A stretch of 64,000 nucleotides of DNA from a virus (Duplodnaviria; Caudoviricetes), in IMG/VR virus record IMGVR_UViG_3300030330_002183, positions 32,001 to 96,000 of that record; one strand, 5' to 3'. The position numbers and the translations under genes are program-made. Below are positions 27,054 through 35,500 of this stretch, piece after piece. Position 1 is the first letter of the stretch. Each line of letters starts with the position of its first letter. The notes under the pieces are model-generated. The model made no database searches, had not been told where the DNA came from, and worked only from the letters and a program-made list of their open reading frames with translations.

Positions 27054-27399
27054 TCATTATAAGTTCGTCAATAAATTCTTGTATCTCTTCTCTAGTAGCC
27101 TTCATTGTAAATGATATATCTGCTTGGTATCTTTTTACCTCTTCACCATCTTTAAAAATAATTATAGTAGGTACTACAACTATTTCATGTTTTTGTTGGG
27201 CTTTAGGGTCTTCAGCTATACATACATCTTTTACTTTGTCAACATCAGATAATTTTTTTAACCAAGTAACTTTGTTTGCATCATTCCAATTTGCATTGTA
27301 TTGTACTACAGTCACTTGACCAAATGATTGCTGTGAAAATAAAATACAAACAAGCAATAAAAGGTAGATCCCAAATATCTTCCAAACAGAATTTTTCAT
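27043..27399 (-). CDS. exported thioredoxin-fold protein lacking CxxC
   Basis: Signal peptide; VVQYNANWN replaces F.A.WCxxC; cis-Pro loop VVPTIIIFKDGEEVKR. Confidence 0.75.
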   Translation of the reverse strand: MKNSVWKIFGIYLLLLVCILFSQQSFGQVTVVQYNANWNDANKVTWLKKLSDVDKVKDVCIAEDPKAQQKHEIVVVPTIIIFKDGEEVKRYQADISFTMKATREEIQEFIDELIMSDF

Positions 27400-27400
27400 A

Positions 27401-27793
27401 TTAATTGAATACTCCGTACTCTATAGTAGTAGTACCAGATGAAGTTTGATATACTGTAATATTAGCAGTATCAGCTTTCCATGGAAATAGAGCAAATGTA
27501 CCTACTGGCAATGCTACTTCAAACTCATCATCATTACTAGTGTTACCTATCAAAGATATTCTAAGTGGTTGACCTGTTACATTCTTAAGATATACATATG
27601 TACTTCCTGTTGCAGATGCTGCAGTATAATCTGCATGAGCTAATAAAACTGCTTTACTAGATTTTTCTGCAGTTGTAGTAGTTCTTACAATACCTCCTGT
27701 AGTAACACTAGCAGCTTTCAAAAGATTTAAAGAAATTGCATTAGTTGTTAAACCGGTACTTGCAATATCTGCTGTTATATTTAATGTTGCCAT
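27401..27793 (-). CDS. small beta-rich putative structural protein
   Basis: Thr/Ala-rich; YVYLKN, FALFPW, IEYGVF; paralogue of the next gene. Confidence 0.65.
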   Translation of the reverse strand: MATLNITADIASTGLTTNAISLNLLKAASVTTGGIVRTTTTAEKSSKAVLLAHADYTAASATGSTYVYLKNVTGQPLRISLIGNTSNDDEFEVALPVGTFALFPWKADTANITVYQTSSGTTTIEYGVFN

Positions 27794-27818
27794 AATTTCT
27801 AAATATTTTTTTTAATTA

Positions 27819-28217
27819 TTATTGATATATTCCAAACTCTACAATAAGACCTACAGAAGCACCCCATGCTAAAATATTTTTATCAGTGGTTCTAGTTGTT
27901 CCTGCCCAAGGTATTAAAGCCCAATCACCACCTTTTAGTATGATTGGTGTTGCTGATGTTTCATCAACTGATACATAAATTCTATCATTACCAGATGAAA
28001 CAGGAGTAGCTGGATTATGAATCCATACATAAGCTCCTTCTGTATATTTTGTAGCTGATACAAGTTCTGTTGCACTTGAATGTGCAGTTGTATCAAGCAT
28101 AATACGTAATACACCACCTGATGTACAGCTAGCTAAATCTTTACTTGTTGAAAGATTCAGAGCGTCAGTAGTTAAGTCTGTTGAACCTAACGTTAATTTA
28201 AAATTTGCACTTGCCAT
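27819..28217 (-). CDS. small beta-rich putative structural protein (paralogue of 27401-27793)
   Basis: S.DLTTDALNL, GGVLR, YVWIHN, WALIPW, VEFGIY. Confidence 0.65.
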   Translation of the reverse strand: MASANFKLTLGSTDLTTDALNLSTSKDLASCTSGGVLRIMLDTTAHSSATELVSATKYTEGAYVWIHNPATPVSSGNDRIYVSVDETSATPIILKGGDWALIPWAGTTRTTDKNILAWGASVGLIVEFGIYQ

Positions 28218-28242
28218 TTTTTATTTAATTTAAAGTTAATTA

Positions 28243-28527
28243 TTATCTTAGTTTATCTATTTTTTCTTCTATACGTTTGATGTCATCTTTAATTTCTTCA
28301 ACATCATCTGCAGTATTTTGTATTGTTAGTCTAATATTTTTATCTTTCATATCAAACTCCATACGTGTAACATCTGGCGGTGGTGGTACAGGAAGTTCTT
28401 TTGCTTCTTCTATATCTGCCTGCAATGCAAACCACATACCTATTACTGTTGACAGAGCAATAGCAATAGCTATTAAAGTTTTTACACTAACCTTAAATGA
28501 TGTATCTTCATTTAACTCTTTTGCCAT
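28243..28527 (-). CDS. single-TM coiled-coil protein with poly-Pro linker
   Basis: TM LIAIAIALSTVIGMWFAL, PVPPPP, heptad C-terminus. Confidence 0.7.
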   Translation of the reverse strand: MAKELNEDTSFKVSVKTLIAIAIALSTVIGMWFALQADIEEAKELPVPPPPDVTRMEFDMKDKNIRLTIQNTADDVEEIKDDIKRIEEKIDKLR

Positions 28528-28529
28528 GA

Positions 28530-29033
28530 CTACCTTCTTTTACTAAATCTACCTCCTGGCAAACACTTACCTTTTTTTCCCATTCCTCCTCCATGTCTAA
28601 AGGTTGTTCCTTGACCTTGTGACATTACTACATTTACTCTAGGTTTTCTACTATTTGAGCCACCTTTTCTTTTAGGAGAATTTACAGGTCCTACAGGTTT
28701 CTTTGTTGTTCTAGCACTATTAATCAAATCCATTTTTTCAATTTGAACCTGTTGTAATTGATTTTGCTGTTGTAACAACATATTTTGCATTTGCATCTGT
28801 TGCATCATTGCTGCCATTTGTTGTTGTCTCATGGCATTTTCTAACATTGTTTGTTCAACTATTTGATTTTGTGTACGTAAAGCCTGAGCTTCTCCAGAAG
28901 ATTGAATAGTAGATTTTTCATTCATTGATTGCATCTGAGGTGGTACTGGATTCTTTGGTGTTTCTTTACCATCCTGAGCAAACATTCCTGGTACTTTTTT
29001 ACCACCGTATCTATATCTTTTATATCTATTCAT
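28530..29033 (-). CDS. low-complexity Gln/Met-rich basic protein
   Basis: Q/M-rich core, basic termini, several xxxGG motifs. Confidence 0.65.
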   Translation of the reverse strand: MNRYKRYRYGGKKVPGMFAQDGKETPKNPVPPQMQSMNEKSTIQSSGEAQALRTQNQIVEQTMLENAMRQQQMAAMMQQMQMQNMLLQQQNQLQQVQIEKMDLINSARTTKKPVGPVNSPKRKGGSNSRKPRVNVVMSQGQGTTFRHGGGMGKKGKCLPGGRFSKRR

Positions 29034-29045
29034 AATTTTAATTTT

Positions 29046-29672
29046 TTATCTTGTACCTCTAGTTGATGATGTTCCAGGATTTCTAGAACCTCTTGTTCTT
29101 GTTGCTACTTTTTTACTTACTTTCTTTTTACCTAATGTAGTAAAGAATTTTTTAAGATCTCTTTGATATTGATTAGTTCTTTTAGTATTTGTAGCTGTAT
29201 CTGTATTTCTTTGTGCAACAGCTGTATTATAATCAGTTAAATTTCTATTATATGTTGCTAAATTTGCTTGATAAGTAGTATATCTAGATATTTCATTTGA
29301 TAAAGCTGTTTGATCATCTCTATAACTTCTTGCTCTAGTATCCCAAAGACCACGTCTAGAATCATATGATAGAGGTCTAACTCTAGTAATATAACTTTCA
29401 CTTGGACTAGCTAGTGTACCAGGATTATCAACTACAGTTGGTGCTGTAGGTGCATCACCTGGATCTGTAATTTGTAGTAATAATTTTTCAGGCATTGATG
29501 TTGAACGTGGAGACTTAGTACCTTTTGATTTAAATTCTCCAGATGTTTTTGAAACATCTACTCTTTCTTGTACTGGTAAAATACTAGTTAGTGGAGTTGA
29601 AGATCCATATAATGATTTTAATGCTTCTCCAGTCCTTGCTGAGTGTTTTGCCATTTGTTTTTTATCTGCCAT
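29046..29672 (-). CDS. basic hypothetical protein with coiled coil
   Basis: Tyr-periodic heptads and a K/R-rich tail. Confidence 0.65.
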   Translation of the reverse strand: MADKKQMAKHSARTGEALKSLYGSSTPLTSILPVQERVDVSKTSGEFKSKGTKSPRSTSMPEKLLLQITDPGDAPTAPTVVDNPGTLASPSESYITRVRPLSYDSRRGLWDTRARSYRDDQTALSNEISRYTTYQANLATYNRNLTDYNTAVAQRNTDTATNTKRTNQYQRDLKKFFTTLGKKKVSKKVATRTRGSRNPGTSSTRGTR

Positions 29673-29674
29673 AA

Positions 29675-29974
29675 TTATATTTTTTTAAGACGTTCATTTT
29701 CTGCTTCAAGAAATTTAACTTTCTCACGTAGAGTTGCTACCTCTTCTGTTAATTTAATTACACATAATCTAAGATCATCTTTTTCTTTAGATGACTCAGT
29801 TAAAAGAACTTCTAACCTATTTACTCTTTTCTTTAGATCTTCTTTGTATTCTTCTTTTAAATCCATACTTTTGCTTTTTAATGCTAGTCTGGATTTGTAA
29901 AATTTAAACGCTTCACTACTACCTAGCACAGTCAATGCTGTAATAATAATAGTGCCTAATAGATTCCAATCCAT
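29675..29974 (-). CDS. N-terminal TM + coiled-coil protein (holin/antiholin-like)
   Basis: TM LLGTIIITALTVLGS followed by a leucine-zipper-like region. Confidence 0.6.
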   Translation of the reverse strand: MDWNLLGTIIITALTVLGSSEAFKFYKSRLALKSKSMDLKEEYKEDLKKRVNRLEVLLTESSKEKDDLRLCVIKLTEEVATLREKVKFLEAENERLKKI

Positions 29975-30021
29975 GATTTATGTATAAATATTAATATCTA
30001 CCATTTTACTATGGTACACTT

Positions 30022-30036
30022 ATAATATACAAAAAA
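30022..30036 (-). promoter_or_regulatory. putative phage late-promoter motif TTTTTTGTATATTAT
   Basis: Identical to 23469-23483. Confidence 0.55.
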
Positions 30037-30057
30037 TAATAATAAAACTAAAATAAT

Positions 30058-30237
30058 ATGAAGATTAAAAGACATCAAATACTTTTTCAATTTTTACCCA
30101 AAACATGCCTGTTTGGTATGTCTATATCACAATATGAAACAAAGGTAGATGAATCAGAAGAATGGGTTCCTGCTTTTAACATTGAATTAGGTTTCATTTT
30201 TTTCAAAGTTTCTTATGTAAATATTTCTATATCATAA
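30058..30237 (+). CDS. small hypothetical protein (59 aa)
   Basis: Read manually: MKIKRHQILFQFLPKTCLFGMSIS... Confidence 0.5.
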   Translation: MKIKRHQILFQFLPKTCLFGMSISQYETKVDESEEWVPAFNIELGFIFFKVSYVNISIS

Positions 30238-30318
30238 TATAAATTGGTATATTATTACTACCCCTTAATCACAGGGGATTTTTTATCTAAATTGTTTAAC
30301 ATCTTAAAAAAAAATGAC

Positions 30319-32178
30319 ATGAATTTAAATAACCAAATTCTGAGTGACATTACTGTCCATATGAAATACGCTAAGTACATTCCTGAATTAAAAAGAAGGG
30401 AGACTTGGGAAGAGCTTGTAACAAGAAACAAAGCTATGCATATTAAAACTTATCCTGCTCTTAAAGAAGAAATAGAGGATGTATACAAATTTGTATATGA
30501 TAAAAAAATATTACCTTCTATGAGGTCTATGCAATTTGGTGGCAAGCCTATTGAAATTAGTCCTAATAGAATATATAATTGTGCTTACCTTCCAATAGAT
30601 AGCCTAGAGTCTTTTAGTGAATGTATGTTCCTACTTCTTGGTGGAACTGGTGTTGGTTATTCTGTTCAAAGACATCATGTAGCAAAGCTGCCTCCTATAA
30701 ATAAACCTTATAAAAAAAGAACCAAAAGATACTTGATAGGTGATAGTATAGAAGGTTGGGCTGACGCAGTCAAAGTTCTAGTTAAGTCTTACCTAAATGG
30801 TAGATCATCTAAAATTGTATTTGATTTCTCTGATATTAGACCTAAAGGTGCTAGACTTGTTACATCAGGTGGTAAAGCTCCTGGTCCTCAACCACTTAAA
30901 GAATGCTTACTAAAGGTAGAAGGTATACTAAATGCAAAAGAAGATGGTGATCAATTAAGCACACTTGAAGTACATGATATAGTATGTTATATTGCAGATG
31001 CAGTTCTTGCGGGTGGTATTAGACGTGCTGCTCTTATTAGTTTATTTAGTGCTGATGATAGTGAAATGATTGCATGTAAATCAGGTGCATGGTGGGAACT
31101 AAACCCACAACGTGGTAGAGCTAATAACTCTGCTGTATTAATGAGACATAAAATAACTAAGTCTTTCTTTATGGACTTATGGAAACGTGTTGAATTATCT
31201 GGAGCAGGTGAACCGGGTATATACTTTAATAATGATAAAGACTGGGGTACTAATCCATGTTGTGAAATAGCACTAAGACCATTTCAGTTTTGTAATCTTT
31301 GTGAGGTTAATGTATCTACTATAGATTCACAAGAAGATCTAAATGAAAGAGTTAAGGCTGCTTCATTTATTGGAACACTTCAAGCTGGATATACAGACTT
31401 TCATTACCTTAGACCGGTATGGAAAGAGACTACAGAAAAAGATGCACTTATTGGTGTCTCTATGACTGGTATTGGTTCCGGTAGAATATTAGGTTATAAC
31501 ATGGAAGAAGCTGCTGAAATTGTTAAGAAAGAAAATGCACGTGTTGCTAAAGCAATTGGCATTAAAAAATCAGCTAGAACAACTACTGTAAAACCTGCTG
31601 GCACAACATCATTAACATTAGGAACTTCATCTGGTATTCATGCATGGCATAATGACTATTATGTAAGAAGAATACGTGTAGGTAAGAATGAATCTATCTA
31701 TACATATTTAGTAAATAATCATCCAGAGTTAGTAGAAGATTGTGTATTCCGTAGTCATGATACTGCAGTTATTAGTATACCACAATCAGCTCCAGAAGGA
31801 TCTATACTTAGAACAGAGTCTCCTTTTGCACTTCTTGAAAGAATTAAAAAGGTTGCAACTGAATGGGTAAAGCCAGGTCATAGAACGGGTTCTAATACTC
31901 ACAATGTCTCTGCTACTGTAAGTCTTAAAGAGGAAGATTGGGAGATGGCAGGTCAGTGGATGTGGGAGAATAGGGATCATTATAATGGATTGTCTGTTTT
32001 GCCTTATGATGGTGGTACATATACTCAAGCTCCATTTGAAGACATTTCAAAAAGAAAGTTTAATGAAATGGTAAAATCTTTAATGGATGTTGATCTTTCT
32101 AAAGTTGTAGAAGATGATGATAACACCAATCTATCAGGAGAATTAGCATGTGCAGGCGGTGCCTGTGAGGTTAAATAA
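30319..32178 (+). CDS. nrdJ: class II (adenosylcobalamin-dependent) ribonucleotide reductase, monomeric RTPR type
   Basis: PSMR, YNC, GTGVG, RRAA, GEPG, TNPCCEI, CNL, TVKPAGT, C-terminal CAGGAC; no beta subunit adjacent. Likely start is MNLNNQ at 30319. Confidence 0.9.
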   Translation: MNLNNQILSDITVHMKYAKYIPELKRRETWEELVTRNKAMHIKTYPALKEEIEDVYKFVYDKKILPSMRSMQFGGKPIEISPNRIYNCAYLPIDSLESFSECMFLLLGGTGVGYSVQRHHVAKLPPINKPYKKRTKRYLIGDSIEGWADAVKVLVKSYLNGRSSKIVFDFSDIRPKGARLVTSGGKAPGPQPLKECLLKVEGILNAKEDGDQLSTLEVHDIVCYIADAVLAGGIRRAALISLFSADDSEMIACKSGAWWELNPQRGRANNSAVLMRHKITKSFFMDLWKRVELSGAGEPGIYFNNDKDWGTNPCCEIALRPFQFCNLCEVNVSTIDSQEDLNERVKAASFIGTLQAGYTDFHYLRPVWKETTEKDALIGVSMTGIGSGRILGYNMEEAAEIVKKENARVAKAIGIKKSARTTTVKPAGTTSLTLGTSSGIHAWHNDYYVRRIRVGKNESIYTYLVNNHPELVEDCVFRSHDTAVISIPQSAPEGSILRTESPFALLERIKKVATEWVKPGHRTGSNTHNVSATVSLKEEDWEMAGQWMWENRDHYNGLSVLPYDGGTYTQAPFEDISKRKFNEMVKSLMDVDLSKVVEDDDNTNLSGELACAGGACEVK

Positions 32179-32493
32179 TTATTTTTTAGTTGGATCATAC
32201 CAACTGTACTTTACAGTTAGCTCTTTACCTAGTTCAATTTTTTCTAGTGTAAAGAGCTTTCTTATTGTACCAGCTTCATCTGATTCTATTTTACAATTAG
32301 GTTTATCTGAATGATTTAGGAATCCTCCTAATGGAGTTCTTATATGATCATCTTGAAAATCTGGATCATATACATGTGTTATTCCTATTTCTATACCACC
32401 TGGTATATCCTCTGTAGCAAAAATACCTGCACCATTTATATTAGATGGCCCTATAGATAAATAAGGCGGTAAAGGTTTATAGTTAGTTTTCAT
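32179..32493 (-). CDS. SET-domain protein (putative lysine methyltransferase)
   Basis: S.INGAGIFATEDI, GFLNHSDKPNC, ELTVKY. Confidence 0.88.
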   Translation of the reverse strand: MKTNYKPLPPYLSIGPSNINGAGIFATEDIPGGIEIGITHVYDPDFQDDHIRTPLGGFLNHSDKPNCKIESDEAGTIRKLFTLEKIELGKELTVKYSWYDPTKK

Positions 32494-32596
32494 AACATTT
32501 AATTTTTTTACATAACTCTTCTATAGAATGTACCCACTCAGAGTAAGGTCTATTCCTATTGTACTGATCTATTCTCCACTTATCTGATCTTTCCAT
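32483..32596 (-). CDS. possible 37-aa peptide
   Basis: Read manually: MERSDKWRIDQYNRNRPYSEWVHSIEELCKKIKCYEN; overlaps both neighbours. Confidence 0.4.
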   Translation of the reverse strand: MERSDKWRIDQYNRNRPYSEWVHSIEELCKKIKCYEN

Positions 32597-35500
32597 TACT
32601 TAACAAACCAGTCATTGATAGTATCATAAGCAGACCATCTATTTATCATATAAATAAGAGGTAAAGCATCTGCCCACTCTTTCTTAAGTTTTAAAGTTCC
32701 TTTACGTCCTGTTCTTTGGTAGTAAATTCTAGTATCTTTTGTTATATCATAATCTTCCTCAAACAATCCATATACACCTAAGTTAGCCAAACCATATTGT
32801 CCTGTAGCTTTCATAGCTCCAGCTAACTCACCTAATGATCTCATAATAGGTATAGGAGACTTAGCCATCATATACTGTTCAGTTGCTCCAAGTACTGGGA
32901 AGAAGAACATAAATTCTCTAGCTTGTCTGTTAAACTGATAAATTAAAGCATTTTCTAGTCTCTTTTGTGTTTGACCTTTGTCATCATCATCATCATCAAA
33001 TAAGTTTCCAAGTATCATAGCTATAATAAAACTAGACATAGCAATACCAAAATCAGCTAAGGTTCTATACATACCTTTTATTTTATTATCAGTTCTTTCT
33101 TTTCCTAACTGAAACTCCATTTCTCTAAATGCTTTACCTATCTGACCCTTTTCTTTGATAATGTATCCCATTACATTTAAGAATGATTTGTACCTTCCTT
33201 CTACCCAACCTAAGTTTTCATTGTAGTATTCTTTTCTAAATCTTGCATCTAAACCAGGTACAACCCACTTATGGAACTGTGCAATTAATTGACCTAGTAC
33301 ATGATCTTGAATAACCATTCTATCAGCATATGCATAGTTACCATGAATTTGTTTATTAACTTCACGGATTTGATTTCTTACATCATACCTTGTATTTTCA
33401 TCTGCTAAATCTTGTGTAACTAAATTACCTTCACTATCCGTTCTTCTCTCATTAAATCTTATTAATTGATCAAAACCTTCTTTTAATGTTATTTTTCCTG
33501 TAGAAGCATTATACTGTAATGCATCATAATATGATGTTTCTTCACCAGTTTCTGAATTTCTTACAGTTGTTGACATCATAATAGCCATACCTACTTTAGT
33601 CTGTACATTATATTCTGCCATATCTTGAAACATATAAGCAGCATCCCAAGCTTTATCTTTTATATCTTGAGCACCTTCTTTTCCTTGTTCACGTATATCA
33701 GCTGCATCATCCATCATTCTCATATATGCAGCAATAGCTTCATATTTACTTCTAGGTATATATTTTTTATAACCATCACCACCAATAACTGGAGCCCAAG
33801 TAGATGAGTCACCAAGACTAGTCATCATTAAAGGTATTGATTTATTATACTCTACAACAGCTCTAGCATATGCAGCTCTATCATAGTATCTACCACCAGC
33901 AACCTCAACCATATTGTTGAGTCTACCCATAGCATAGTTATTAATATTACCAAACCAGTTAAGACCTACATATGTTAAAGATGTATATGATACTAAACCT
34001 CTAGCTACTTTATCCATCCAATCTTGTGTTTTTCTATTATTGTCATAGTAAACCATGTTTACCCATTTTTTAGCTCTTTTAACAATATTAGAATCTTCAC
34101 CTTTAGCAACTTCTTCTGTTTGTCCTTTACCTACAGCACTTCTTAAACTTCCAGCAACACCAATAAAACCTTCTTTAGTATATCTTCTATTCTCCATTGT
34201 CTTAATAATAGCTGCAACACTATTTTTAATCTCTGACATTGTTTGATAGTTTTGAGCCATACTATTAAATAGTAGTAGATTTCTACCCATGTCTTGGCTT
34301 AATTCAGTTTTAGAAGGTGCTGCTTGTACACTATTTCTTTCTGCTTCTAACTCTGCTTTCTTTTGTTTATACTCATCAGTTTTAATTTGTTTATTTTTAA
34401 AACTTTGTTCTAATGCTTCTATATCACTATTAATAGCTGCAAGTTTTTTCTCATCTTGTGTACTACCAACATAATAAATTGGTAAAGTATTTTCTATAAA
34501 ATTACCTTCAGAATCAGTAACAACTTTTTCTACACGTAGTGTAGTGCTAAATAAATTTTTAATACCATCTGATGCTTTTGCTGTTAGTTTACCTAAAAGA
34601 CCTCCTTCTCTTCTAACTTCATTTAAAAAGTTTTCTCTAATTGTTAATGAGTTACCTAGCATTTTAGCTTGTATAGATTCTGGTAACATTTTAAGAAGAT
34701 CTTCCTCAAACAATCTTACATACATTAAATAGAATTCTTTTTGAGCAACTGCAAGTGAGTCATTAGGATTAGGATTCATTAGTTTTTCATACTTGTCACT
34801 AACCATTCTATCTCCATTCCTTGCAACATCTCTAACCTCTATAAAAGCAGACTTAACAAATCCAATACCACCTCCATCATATCCAGAGTCCTGTCTTTTT
34901 ACAAGACCGGTAGGTCTTCCATCTGCATCTTTTTCAATATAGTTTCCTGGTGCAAGATTATGATACTTGTTTAAAAATTCTCTTCTTTGTCTAGTACTAG
35001 CACTAGCTTTAAACTTCCAACGTCCACTTTCTTTATTAGCAAATAATGAAAAGTACATAAGTTTTTCTCTTGCATCTTTGTACTCTTTAGTATATCTATG
35101 ATAATCACCATCTTGTGGTTTACCATCTATAACCCTTTCTCCACGCATAAAGTCTGAATATGCCTTTCTTTGCTCATAAAGTTTTCTATTATATTCTAAC
35201 TCTTCTGTTGTATAGTCTTCTAAGTTATCTTTATAAATATAAGGGTCTTTAAATATAGATTCTCCTCTTTCATTATATCTTAACTGTGTCCATTGAGCAT
35301 CATATTTTTGTCCTATCCTTTTAACATATGTTCCTAAAAAGTTTCCATCTTTATCATAGTTAAGCATAAAACTATAATCTACTTTACCACCCGGTGATAA
35401 TTTTGCTAATTTACTTGATCTTCTTCTAATCTCATCTGCTCTTTCTTCAGCTAAATCAAGTGTTTTTTGCACTTGTCTTTTATATATTTTATCTAATAGT

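Noticed and set aside
23488-27399. Host chromosomal contamination or prophage boundary
   Set aside because: Same strand and similar composition as the flanking phage genes, with overlapping junctions and no integrase or att site seen; not fully excluded without read data
30238-30318. Cobalamin riboswitch upstream of nrdJ, and the longer TTG-start annotation from 30244
   Set aside because: The gap is too short and AT-rich, with only a small CCCCT/AGGGG hairpin; the N-terminal extension looks non-coding
15280-32178. Inteins or group I introns in polB and nrdJ
   Set aside because: Both are of compact length with contiguous motifs; no intein termini or homing endonuclease motifs seen
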